Shown: in pieces, positions 27,786-44,190 of the stretch
Layout of the letters: every line of letters begins with the position of its first letter
How positions within the stretch are numbered: the stretch's first letter is position 1
Source: Eledone cirrhosa
Taxonomy: Eukaryota
Reading direction: 5' to 3'
DNA length: 64,000 nucleotides
NCBI GenBank assembly: GCA_964016885.1
Contig: OZ024752.1
Location: 4,588,001-4,652,000 of the forward strand
Made by a program: the position numbers and the translations under genes
The notes under the pieces: generated by a model
What the model was told of the DNA's origin: nothing
What the model saw: only the letters and a program-made list of their open reading frames with translations
The model's database searches: none

Positions 27786-28924
27786 TCCAATTCCCTCGTC
27801 TGATAATTTGTTTTATTGATCTCACAAGGATGACCTTAGTTGACCTTATTTCACACCAGGGTCGCCGTTGAGACCTCAGTGAGATCTGGACTCAAAGTGT
27901 TGAAGCTACAATTTCGTTTGAGTTTCTTCTTTTTTTTTTTTTAATGGAGGATTTTACAGTTATTTATGTTTAGTTTAAAGCAATGTTCCTAACACTCATC
28001 AGAAGAAAGTGATGATAGTGGTATATCATTGTAGCATTTTGTAGCCACCAACAAGATATAGGAATAATGTTGCAACTGATAAAATCGTCATCACTGTATT
28101 TGAAATTGTTTTATGGTAAACTCTTGGATATTTTCTTAGTTTATTTCATGTGTGTTGTATATTTTGGAGTAGAATTTTGGTTTATATATTGTTATTAATA
28201 AAGCTTCTGTGGATAATCTTTGAGTTTATTTATCTATCTATTTATTTTGTGGAATTCTGTAGAGAGTGCTAATGTTATCAGCTAATGTTTATCTGCATAG
28301 TTTTGTTTCATGTTCTCTACTATAATGTGCTGTAATGGTTCCTTGTTGTAAACGTATGGTTTAATGATGAGAAAGTGTCATAGTTGTGTTTTCAATATAA
28401 CTGTTTGAGTCATGAGGTTTAAAGCTTTCATGTTTACATTGAAATTTGTATATTATTTTGGTTGTCTGAAGTACATTCTGTAAATTGTAGGTTTGTGGTT
28501 TTATGATGATAATGATGGAATGGATTTTAATTCTGATGTATTTCAACTGTTTGTGGTTAGGTGTGGTACATATTCTGTTCTGTTTTTATGAGTTTCGTAA
28601 TCACATATTCCACCATTCCATAACTAGAGTGCATTCAGTTCAAGTAGTATACTGTATCCCATGCCAGAATAGAAATCGGATGTAAAATGATGATGAAAAT
28701 GATAATGAGATAGTTTGTGTGTTTTAACAAGGTGTTGAATATCTTGCATATGTGTAGGTGAATTATTTTGTATTGTTCTACAGGTTAGTCTATTAATGTA
28801 TTTTAGTATTTGTATTAAGCACTGTTTATTTAACTGTTATTGCTCTTCATATAAGAAATACACATTAGGAGTGTATCTTAGTTAAGAGGAGGTACATTGT
28901 ATTACTACTTGTTATAAGAAGCAT

Positions 28925-29160
28925 TTAACCCTTTAGCATTTAAATCAGCCGTATCCAGGCAGAATTCTCTCACCTCTTTCTGTTCAAACCAGCTGTAACC
29001 GGCCACTCATTCTGATGTTCAATATTCGCTCACACTGATATTAAGGTATTGTTCTCAAAATAAATATCAATATCTCTTAGATTTGATATTATGTGAGATA
29101 AAGCCTTTACCGTGAAAATACAATAGTAAATATAAGGTAATGTAAATGCTAAAGGGTTAA
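28925..29160. mobile_element. piggyBac-like MITE (best preserved copy)
   Basis: TTAACCCTTTAGCATTTA ... TAAATGCTAAAGGGTTAA: perfect 18-bp inverted termini including TTAA. Confidence 0.85.
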
Positions 29161-29429
29161 ATTGTTTGACAATAGGTAGGGCATCCAGTTGTAAAACATT
29201 GGCACAAAAATCACCTCATGATCAGTATGAAGTCTTTTATGGGGCCCACAAGGCTAAACTCTGCTTCAACAGCAAAAAATGGCCGTAAGGTGTTTGTTGT
29301 TGTTACTATTAACTCTTTATGATTTCTTTTATCCCAAAAGTCTTGTGTGGATGAAGATTTAATAGTTCATATCTGAAGGATTTGACTACAGACATTCTAT
29401 ATCTATGGGGGACACTTACTACCTCTGTG

Positions 29430-33102
<3,673 letters not shown>

Positions 33103-33785
33103 ATCATCATCATCATCATCATCATCATCGTTTAACGTCCGTGTTCCATGCTTGCATGGGTTTGGACGGGAGTTTTCCCACTTGAGGCAAGAGTGGTTGT
33201 CTTGCTCGCATAGGACTGTCTGGCGGGTTTTCTACAGTTGGATGCCCTTCCTAACACCAACCACATTTACAGTGTGGGGCTGGGAGGTTTTTACCGTGTT
33301 GCCTACACGGCCACATTACAGTGTGGACTGCCTGGCATGTTTTCTACAGCTGGATGCCCTTCCTAACACCAACCATATTTACAGTGTGGGACTGGGACGT
33401 TTTTACCGTGTTGCCTACACGGTCACATTACAGCGTGGACTGTGTGTTTTTTTTTGTGACACCTTCACGATCTCATTTGTTTCGGCCTGGATTTTGTGGC
33501 ACCAACATAACTTTACATTGAAAGGGGCGGTGTGGATGGGGTGTGGGGGGGGGGGGGGGGTATTTTGTTAGAGATGCCTACTGACTGTAGTAGGTTTTAC
33601 TTTGTATTTAGGTAACGCGGGTCTTCTCTGTTACTGAGTACCGCCAAAGGTCTCAGTCCAGTGACATTGTCTTGGAGAGGTGTAAGTGTGTGAGGTCGGA
33701 ATTTATCAGCTCGTCCCAGGTTTTTCTGGGTCTGCCTACTCCGTGGCTACCATCTATCTTTATTGCCCTGCACTTTGTTATACAG
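33103..33785 (-). mobile_element. RTE LINE 3' end with duplicated UTR unit
   Basis: Reverse-complement match to 60930-61622. Confidence 0.92.
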
Positions 33786-33883
33786 TATATATATATATTT
33801 ATATATATATATATATATTTATATACATATTTATATACATATTTATATATATATACATATTTATATATATTTATATACATATT

Positions 33884-33914
<31 letters not shown>

Positions 33915-34058
33915 TTATATACATAATTATATATATATATATATTTATATATATATTTATATATATATATATAGTAATAATAATAAATTTGAAGACTAAA
34001 ATCCAAAGAGGGCTCGATAAGGATAAATATATATCAAATATATAAGAACTGTAGAGCA

Positions 34059-34458
34059 AATATTTATTAAAATAACAGATTAAAGTTTAAGCAAAGAATC
34101 GCTGCTTTCACCCTTAACGGGATCTTCTGAAACTAACAAATCTGTAAACGCAGAAGTGGATATTTCAAAAAACGTTGCAACCGGAGGAAGACAGGAAGAC
34201 GATACTTTGGTTCGTGGAAACGTTCTCTGGCAAAGAACGGGAAAAAACGAATATAATACGTCATTAATAGGAGCGGTGAAAAACAATTACGCGCAAAGAC
34301 AGAACCACGTTTATGGTATAAAAGAGGTCGTAGACTAATGTTCTCTTAGGTGGTTCATACAGACGTTCTCTGGCAATGAACGAAAAAAACGAAGATAATA
34401 CGTCATATGTGAAAGCAGCGATTCTTTGCTTAAACTTTAATGTTATTTTAATAAATAT
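34059..34458. repeat. Fold-back element with ~50-bp inverted termini and internal ~45-bp direct repeat
   Basis: ATATTTATTAAAATAACA(GA)TTAAAGTTTAAGCAAAGAATCGCTGCTTTCAC at 34059-34111 and its reverse complement at 34409-34458; ACGTTCTCTGGCAA..GAACG..AAAAAACGAA..TAATACGTCAT at 34220 and 34363. Confidence 0.8.
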
Positions 34459-34789
34459 ATATATATATATATATATTTCTATATAGGAAAAAGTATGACC
34501 CCGACGGCAGAGCTCAAGCCGTTTCGACGGCTATTTCTGGACCAAATTAGAATTTTTAGCCTGGTGAATAAATAGCCGAACTTGTCAAGGGGGTACTTCC
34601 TTATATGGGAAGATTGTAGTTGTCAAGAGGATTGGTTAAAATTTGTTGTAAACACAAATAAGTCTATCATGGCATTTGGTGGTAGGTAGGGGTGGCTGAA
34701 CTTGCCTGTAGAACAATAGGGGAGTGAGTCGAGCGGTCAAGCGTTGAGAGTGATATGTATACAACAGATTCTAAGGATAGTGTATGATA

Positions 34790-35395
34790 CCACTCTATTT
34801 TTAACAGAGACACTATAAAACTATCCTACTCTACTACTATGAACATAGCACACAATATAAATAGAATTAATAATAGAAACTTAAATTTAAACCCTAACCA
34901 AACTAACCAAATTAGCAATAATAATATTTCTAACAACAATACTCAGAATAATAGTACCGTTCTGAACAACAATAACTCTAGTAATTGTAACTGTAGAATC
35001 AAATAAAACTGCCCTTTACAAAATAATTGTTTATACAAAAGCATTGTTTATAAATGCACAGTTAAAACTAGCGACAAAACATTTAACTATGTCGGTGCCA
35101 CTTCTACAAAATTTAAAGAACGCTGAAATAACCATAATCATAATCTTAGGAGATCTGATAAAAAATCTTCTACTTCACTTTCACATCTGATCTGGGATTT
35201 AAAAGATAACAATATAGAATATTCAATATCTTGGAGAAAGATTTCGAAATCACCTGCATACCGAAATACGGCTTTATCAAGATTCTGTAAATTGTGTATC
35301 GAAGAAATTTATTAACTGTCAAAACTCTATTAATCTCAGAACAGAATTATTTTCTTCTTGCAAACATCGCCAAAATTCCACGTTCAGAACTATTT
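34790..35395 (+). mobile_element. Penelope-like element: RT-EN linker and GIY-YIG endonuclease, decayed
   Basis: HSIFNRDTIKLSYSTTMNI...NCNCRIK*NCPLQNNCLYKSIVYKCTV...NYVGATSTKFKER*NNH...STSLSHLIWDLKDNNIEYSISW...CKLCIEE, typical of the Penelope EN. Confidence 0.85.
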
Positions 35396-36301
35396 TTAAT
35401 TTATAATATTCCTATAAACCTTCAAAATGATCCTATTTTTTTTTAAATTTAATTGTAAATTTAAAAAAAAAATGTTAAAATATTTTAATATTTTTTAATA
35501 TTTTTTAATATTTTTTAATATTTGTAATATTTCAAAATTTTGTAATACCTCTAATATATATATTTAATATTTTAATTTCCTACATTATTTTAATTCTGAC
35601 ATTATTTTTGTAAGGACACCCCTATAAATATATTTTTAGATGCAGATTGATAATCTTTAAATGACATTCTGAAAATTTATCCTCTTTACGATAGTTCTTC
35701 GAAAAACACATTACATTTTTCCTCTCTCTTTTTGTTATTCACACATTCACATATCTTTCGACTAAAATAATGGATCTCACACAAAATAATATATAATTTT
35801 TCTCTAATTTAAATGGTTAACAAACAAAATTGGAGTTATCTTTCCTTTCTCAATCGTGTAAACATAAACATTCTTCTCAACCGTACAAACTTAAGCATTT
35901 TACGTTTGATAATCTGTATAGCTTCGCTAAATTAACAATATTCTGAAAACATTCTCAATGTTGAACAACATTTTTGAATCCACAAATTGTTCTACTCTCA
36001 CAACTTGAACCACCAATTTTTTAAGTAAAATACAAATTCAACATCCTTCGTAACTCATATTTGATATATAAACAACTAATACATACGCAATTTATTAATA
36101 TCATAATTATTTAAATTTTCCATAGCATTTAAAATAACGTTTTTATACAGCCCTTTTACATAAACCTCATTTGCATACTCATCTTAATAATTTGAAATAT
36201 TTGACTTTTCTTTTCTTCTCTGCCCTTCACTCTCCAGTGATAACTTGAACCGTTAAGCTATATTGTCCTTGGTTATGTCAAAATTTATAAAACACACTTC
36301 G

Positions 36302-36363
36302 TATTTTATATGATGATAGCGTACCAACATTTTTGGTACCCTTGAAATATATATAATAGAATA
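36302..36363 (+). ncRNA. Degenerate minimal hammerhead downstream of the Penelope EN
   Basis: TATTTTAT-ATGATGA-(GTACCAA/TTGGTAC stem II)-GAAATATATA-..ATAGAATA; first core C replaced by A. Confidence 0.35.
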
Positions 36364-38130
36364 AATATGGTTTTATAAATATAGTTTCCATTTATTTAAT
36401 ATCATTGTATATTATATTCCAGAAAACTTGTTGAGTGCTCTGAATCAGTTATAAACATTTATATTTGTTGAATTACCAACAAATTGAATATCCCTTCTGC
36501 TTATATATATATATATGTATATCATATATATATATATATCATATATATATATATCATATATATATATATCATATATATATATATATATATATATCATATA
36601 TATATATATATATCATATATATATATATATATCATATATATATATATATCATATATATATGTATATCATATATATATATATATGTATATCATATATATAT
36701 ATATATGTATGTATATCATATATATATAAAGCTTGCCAAATATCAAGGCTTGTGGATGTTTGACTAAATATTTATATAGTTTGATTTACTATGTATAATT
36801 TTTATTTGATTACATGCTTGTTTGTGGATTCACATGTCTGTGTATGTATGTGTATTTACATTTGATTTAATACATACAGTCTCTCTCACACATACACATC
36901 TGCACAGGCAGATGTGTATGAATATATGTTTGCATTTATGCTTACACCGGAGATTACCATCACACAGACATGCACTCAGCCACTCACTCAGCCACTACAC
37001 TAACAGCAGATATGATTAATACACCAATTCCCCTTTCCCCTACCACCGCCACCTCCAGTCTGTAATTGCCTGTAATAGGGCTACTTGTAATATTTCCTTT
37101 GTTCCGGCAACTTATTCCGGAGTAAAATCTATTCTGGAAGCTATGATGTCATCAGAGCAGCAAGAAATGTAAAACCTTTAAAACTATTTTCTGCTGAGCT
37201 TTCTTGTTTCTAGCATTCAGTCACCCCCGTCCCCGGTATTTCACCCCTTCCACCTACACCCCTCCTTCGTCGAACACCCCCACCCACCCCGATCATATCC
37301 GGTCGTCAACTCCCACTCATTAACACTCCACCCCTGTTGTTAATCCGTACCCATATTCTGCCCCTCCGCTTTTTTCTTCTCCCCAGGGTGAGCTTCCTTT
37401 AGCTTCCAGACATATGTTGACGTTGTTGTAGTTTTATTGCATAAATTTACATGAGTGGGTGGGAGAGGTACAGATTCAGTTAGTTCTCCCATACCTCCAT
37501 CCACCTCCCATAAAAAAATTATATTTTAATGTTTCAATGTTCTTTATATGTATTTTTATTTAATTCAATTGGATTTTTGTTTGTTTTTCTTTTTTATCAT
37601 TATGCATCAAAATTAATTCCTGCTTTCATTGACTCATTTGAGTAATTATGACTGAGTGCTGGTGCCAATGTTTAGAGTTATATATATAACTAATATATAT
37701 ATAACAGTGTGGACTGGGTGCTTTTTTGACGTGACACCTACATGACCTCTTTAGTTTGGACTATATATATTTAAATATATATATGTGTGTGTATGTGTAT
37801 ATATGTATGTATATGTGTGTATATATGTATGTGTGTGTGTATATATTTATGTGTATATATATATGTATGTATATGTGTATGTATATATGTGTGTGTATAT
37901 ATATATGTTTGTCTATGTGTGTGTGTTTAAATATATGTACATATATATTGTTTATCAAGGCTGATCCAGTTGCTTATTACTATCAAGTTTCCTTTGCGAG
38001 CTACAGGTTCCTTAGATAGTTAATCACAGAATATTTTGTGTTTGAAGAACCTGCTGCAGGAAAGAAAAACTTCCCAATAGTACGGCATTGCATCAACCTT
38101 TAGAAACTACTTGGGGTAGTAGAGTATGGC

Positions 38131-38253
38131 TATATTATAAAAGGTTGGGACCTGATGGCTGAGCTGTTGCCATTTCAAAAGCTAGTTCCATTCTAGAACT
38201 AGTTGTTTAAACAGCAAGAACTCAGCCGTCAGGTCCTAAATCCTTATAATATA
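38131..38253. repeat. ~123-bp imperfect fold-back hairpin (MITE-like)
   Basis: TATATTATAAAAGG..GGACCTGATGGCTGAG / CTCAGCCGTCAGGTCC..CCTTATAATATA, with inner GCTGTT/AACAGC and CTAGTTC/GAACTAG. Confidence 0.75.
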
Positions 38254-38443
38254 TATAAGGATTTGTGTTTGAAATAATGTAGAAATATATTGGTAGTAAC
38301 TTCAAAGTTTTTGCTTGATCATTTCATCTGGTTGCCTGAGGAAGCCATATGTCTGACACTTCAAAGTCATTGCTATTTTATTACTATATATATATATATA
38401 TATATATGTGTGCATGTGTGTGTATGTATGTATGTATGTAAAA

Positions 38444-38828
38444 GTGTAAAAGGTAAACAGAAATAACAACACAATCGGTACAGTATATGGCAGTAATATA
38501 TTAGGTTAATGCTTGATATAGCAGGAAGAGGGTCTTAACGTTTCAGATGCTAGTCCTTCATCAGAAGAAAGAATGAGTAATAAGATAGATTGAAGGGACG
38601 GGCGGGATGGAATTGGAAAAAATATCTTGAGATAAATATAACAGTTCCATTCATGTTGGAAAAAAATACATATATATATATATTTATCTTTTATTTCTAA
38701 CTATATCATTTGATAAAGGACTAGTGCCTGAAATGTTAAGACTTTTCTTTTTATTTCAAGCATTAAACTAATATATTTCTTTAATGTACTGTGTTGTTTG
38801 CTTTGTTATTTTTGTTTACCCTTTACAT
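38444..38828. repeat. Inverted pair of ~125-bp units carrying degenerate hammerhead cores
   Basis: Minus strand at 38530-38566 reads CTGATGAAGGACTAGCATCTGAAACGTTAAGAC; plus strand at 38710-38742 reads TTGATAAAGGACTAGTGCCTGAAATGTTAAGAC; flanks homologous in inverted orientation. Confidence 0.6.
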
Positions 38829-40135
38829 GCATACATATATATATGCGTGTGTGCATCTGTGTGTGTGAATGATGTTATAGCTGGTTAGTGAGTAAACCAT
38901 TATCAATCAGTATAATTTCCTTCTATTTAGAAGGAGGGTAGATGGGTGGAAGGGGGTGTAGCAGCTACAGTAGGTAGCACTGTATCTGATTTAGTGGTAG
39001 CAGTAGTTCCTTGTGAGGTCTTACTTGGCTTTCATATGTCTATTACAAACAGAAGGTAATTATTACATGTACAAATATGCATATACATACATACACACAC
39101 TAACATACACACATACACTCACATGTACACACACATACATACACATACATACACTAACACATACACACATACACTCACACATACATAGACATGTACACAC
39201 ACACACACGCATATACACATACATACACACACATACACTAACACATACACTAACACATACACTCACACATACACAGACATGTACACACACACATACACAT
39301 ACATACACACACATACACTAACACATACACACATACACTCACACATACACAGACATGTACACATACATACACACACATACACTAACACATACACACATAC
39401 ACTCACACATACACAGACATGTACACACACACATATACACATACATACACACACATACACACATACACTCACACATAAACAGACATGTACACACACACAC
39501 ACACACACACATATATACACATGGATAAGAAACTAAGGGACAAACCCAAATAAACAATAAGTGAGGTCTACCAGCAACCAGAGTGAAAGATATACAAACA
39601 TTGAAGATTTGAAAATTGTCTCAGTCATCAAGCAAGGATCTTTACACACATTGGTTATGAGGAGATGACAGACTTTTTAAAGAGAATACAGAATAACAGG
39701 AATCAAGAATGTGATAAGCTTTCAATGATTGGTTGGTTTCTGTTGCTAGTCTTGGTCACTACATACATACATATATATGTATATACACATACATACATAT
39801 ATATGTATATACACACACACATCATAAATAAAATGGTGGAGAGAACAATAATGATTTATGAATACATATATTTTTAATGGCTGACAATTTGTTTCAAACA
39901 GTAAATCCTTGATATGCACCTAGATGATATGAGTACCGATTATAAATTAATATTAGTACAGTAAAATTAAATGTGTGGCTTTGTGTCCTCATCAGAGCTG
40001 AAAGAAAAAATTTATAACATATTATATATATATGTACATACATACACACATACATGTATGAACATACATACACATACATGCATGCAAACACACATACACA
40101 CATACATATATCACACATAAATACATACATATATT

Positions 40136-40438
40136 GGCCTTGCAATCGAAAGGTTGTGAGTTCAATTCTCAGACCAGGTGATGTGTTGTTTCCTTGAGCA
40201 AGACACTTTATTTCACATCGCTCCTGTTTACTCGGCTGTAGAAATGAGATGATAGGGGCTGGGGTCCCTATCATTCCACTGCAAAGTGGTCGTGGAGGTG
40301 CCACAGCAAAAAAGTACCCAGCCCTCACTGTAAACGAGGTTGGTGTTAGGAAGGGCATCCAGCTGTAGAAATCAAGCCAGAATCAGTTCCCGTCCCACCC
40401 TTGCAAGCAGGGAAAAATGGACGTAAAATGATGATGAT
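40136..40438 (+). mobile_element. SINE family B (CORE-like) with RTE-derived tail
   Basis: GAGTTCAATTC B box, CCTTGAGCAAGACACTT core, then GGTGTTAGGAAGGGCATCCAGCTGTAGAAA...GGACGTAAAA(TGA)n. Confidence 0.85.
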
Positions 40439-40704
40439 ATATACATAGATATGCATTCGTCACATATATACATCATATATATATATATATATATATATCA
40501 TCATCACCTTTAAAAGTTCATTTTTCCCCACTAGCATATGGTAGATGGGTTGTCCCGTTTGAATCAAGTTTCAAGTTTGGTTTCTAGATAGCAGTAAATT
40601 CTTCTTCCAATCAATAACTATTCCATAAAGAAAAAAAGGGTGAACATATTCTATAATGTAATCTTAGTTACTCAATGCCAACTCAACAAAAATAATGCTT
40701 TCTG

Positions 40705-41292
40705 ATTTAGACACAAGGCCAGCAATTTTAGAGGAGAGAAAAGTCGATTGAATCGACCCCAGTGCATTGGTGGATTGGTAGAGGGTCGGACGCCATGCTA
40801 GGGCGGTGGGTTGGCAGTATTGGTAGAGGGTCGGACGCCATGCTAGGGCGGTGGGTTGGCAGTATTGGTAGAGGGTCAGACGCCATGCTAGGGCGGGGGG
40901 GTTGGCAGTATTGGTAGAGGGTCAGACGCCATGCTAGGGCGGTGGATTGGCAATATTGGTAGAGGGTCTGACGCCATGCTAGGGTGGTGGATTGGTAGTA
41001 TTGGTAGAGGGTCGGACGCCATGCTAGGTCAGACGCTATGCTTTCCAGCATAGTTACGTCCCTTTACGGTCTGAGTTCAAATCCTGCCGAGGTTAACTTT
41101 GTCTTTCATCCTTACGGGGTCGATAAAATAAAGTACCAGTAATGTACTGGGTAATTGATGGCCTTGTGCCTAAAGTAGAAACAATTATTGGTATTTTATT
41201 TTATCAACACCTGTAAGGTTGAAAGGCAAAGCTAACCTCAGTGGGATTTGAACTCAGAACATAAAGGGCCGTAACTCTATGCTGTGAAGCAT
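40705..41292. mobile_element. SINE family A complex with 45-bp head unit amplified about 6 times
   Basis: Inverted 3' piece at 40705-40770, (ATTGGTAGAGGGTCGGACGCCATGCTAGGGCGGTGGGTTGGCAGT)n at 40774-41030, body to 41189, then an inverted copy. Confidence 0.8.
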
Positions 41293-41892
41293 GTAATGAC
41301 AGGACGGCCACAAAAGAAATACATTCATTTTAGGTCAGTTAAATAAGGACTGACCTGCAACAATACAACAACAACGTCAACTACAACAACAAAGAAGGAA
41401 CTTATGAGATTAAGTAGTCATAGGTAAATGTAAAGGGTGGTGTTACTGTTGTTGTTGTTGTTTAAACATATGATGAGCGTGCCTGTGAAACATATAAATG
41501 CCAGCTAGGTACACAAAGGAACAAAACTCCCTCTGTCACTGCCCCCATCCCTTCAGCTTTCCTCACCTCTCACTATTATGAGCAACACCACCACCACTAC
41601 AACACCACTACACCACCACCACCACCACTACCACCACCAGTACCACAACCACCATCACCAATACCACCACCACCAGTACCACAACCACCATCACCAACAC
41701 CACCACCACCACTACCACCTCTACAACACCACCACAACCACCACCACTACACCACCATCACCACCACTACAACCACCACTATGCCACCACCACCACCACC
41801 ACCACCACCACCACACCCTGACACAAGACAAACAGTGGGTGACCAAAAACAAAAGTTTGTAATTAAAGATAGGAGCAAGTGCATGAAGAATG

Positions 41893-42245
41893 GTGGTGTG
41901 TTGTGGTAGTAGGTAGTGGTGTGTTGTGGTAGTAGGTAGTGGTGTGTTGTGGTAGTAGGTAGTGGTGTGTTGTGGTAGTAGGTAGTGGTGTGTTGTGGTA
42001 GTAGGTAGTGGTGTGTTGTGGTAGTAGGTAGTGGTGTGTTGTGGTAGTAGGTAGTGGTGTGTTGTGGTAGTAGGTAGTGGTGTGTTGTGGTAGTAGGTAG
42101 TGGTGTGTTGTGGTAGTAGGTAGTGGTGTGTTGTGGTAGTAGGTAGTGGTGTGTTGTGGTAGTAGGTAGTGGTGTGTTGTGGTAGTAGGTAGTGGTGTGT
42201 TGTGGTAGTAGGTAGTGGTGTGTTGTGGTAGTAGGTAGTGGTGTG
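41893..42245. repeat. 23-bp minisatellite (GGTGTGTTGTGGTAGTAGGTAGT)n, about 15 copies
   Basis: Direct periodicity. Confidence 0.97.
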
Positions 42246-42754
42246 CTGCTGCCCTGATGGTTAGAAGAACTTTCATTTTGATGATAGAGCTGCTCCTTGA
42301 GAGACTGAATGTAATGAGGGTGGTGGTGGAGTGGGTTGCTAAAGGACGACAATAACAACAACAACAACAAGTAATATTGGTTGTTTTTGAAACCTGAGAT
42401 TTCCGTTCTGTTTGTTGAAAAGGCTCCTAACTGGTAGTTATGGACTAGTTGTTCTCCGATATTCCCACACCCCACACACCTTCCCTCTGGAAAATAAGAA
42501 GCAAGTGGGGGAGGGAAAAGAAAAGAAAAGAAGGAATCTGTTTAGCATAGGGTTTAGAGGGAAGAAAGGCAGAGAAAGAAAGTTGAGTCCAGAAATAATT
42601 TAGTTCCTGAACTTTTCACTGATTTCTTTAAAATATCTTATTATTTCCAACTAACTTAACAGGTGGTAGATGGATGGCTTTATGGTTGGCTGAGTACATG
42701 TGTGAAGTGTGTGTATATGGTATATATATGTGTGTGTATATGGTATATATATAT

Positions 42755-42810
<56 letters not shown>

Positions 42811-43032
42811 ATATATATATATATAAATATATATATAAATGAAAGGTATAGAAAGTATTGTAGCAAGAAGCCAATAGTATTCCATAGATGTGGGAAAAAT
42901 AATTATATATGCTATATATATATATATAAACACACATACACATGATATATATAGTTTCCATTTATTAATATCATTGATATATGGTATATATATATATATA
43001 TATGTGTGTGTGTCGGTATGTATATGTGTCTG

Positions 43033-43080
<48 letters not shown>

Positions 43081-43122
43081 GGTGAGTATGTGTGTGTATG
43101 CATATATATATATACATATATA

Positions 43123-44190
43123 CAGGGTGCGGACGATATTTGTTCGCAAGATTACTGTCTAGGAAAAAATAACAGTAGTTTTATATTTTAAGATATATTT
43201 ATCAAACTTGGGTCAGTTTGTCTTCATGACTTGTTCTTTCGATCTCGCTCGATAAACCTGCCATTGGCTTTGATGACGGCCTCAAGGTGGCCTCGGGACT
43301 GGCTACAGGCCTTCGTCACTGTCCCCCAACTTAGGTTCCTAAAGGCACTTGTGATCCTGGCCTTCCGATCGTCTTATGTATTGCAGCTAGATCTGTTGGT
43401 GTCTCGTTCCACTGTGCCCCACACATAGAAGTCGAGGGGGTTGCAGTCAGGCGAGCTGGGAGGCCAGATATCAGGTGAAGTGTGGTCGACGAAGTTCTCT
43501 GACAGCCAGGCTTGGGTCTTTCGGCTGGTATGGCAGGGCGCTGAGTCTTGCTGCCACCGTATGGCCTACCTGCAGCTACCTGGTCGATCCAGGGCAGAAT
43601 GTGGATGTAGCCATCGGTGTTCAGCTTGAGGCCCTCAGGGAAGAAATGAGGTGGCATGACGACACCTAAGACCAATGTTGTTGCTGGAAACTTTGTCTGC
43701 ATGACTCTGGGCACGTCTTTGGATGAGACAGCGAGCCACCTGTTGTTGTGGGAGTTGATCTTCTGTTCTTGGCAGAAGTTTTTCTCGTCGGAGAAAAACC
43801 ACAGCATGTCTGGCTCCAGTGGGTGTTTCAACTTGTTGATCAGCTTCTTTGCGTGCTTCAGTCGCTTTTCTTGCATCGCCTTTGACAGAAATTGTCCTTT
43901 CCTCATCTTGTATGAAACGTAGTGAATGTCATGTACCACCGGCCTAATGAGCTTTTTATCCACGTCTTTCTCCCTTGCAATGGCACACATCGACTTGATA
44001 GGTTCATTGTTGATGATATCCTGAACTTCAGCGGGCGTTCTGAAGGCGTCAGATCATCGACCATGTGTTTTCCTCTCTGATGTTGCTTCGTAGCCGAATC
44101 CTGAATCTTCCAATTCCTTTCTGACCTTTTCCACCATTCTCCTGCTGACGCTGAGAAAGTCTGAAATTTCCTTATTTGTCCAATAAGATT
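43123..44190 (-). mobile_element. Tc1/mariner superfamily DD37D (maT-type) transposase pseudogene
   Basis: WFFSDEKNF; after a frameshift, WQQDSAPCHTSRKTQAWLSENFVDHTSPDIWPPSSPDCNPLDFYVWG (37 residues between the second and third D); TA-CAGGGTG terminus at 43121. Confidence 0.9.
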
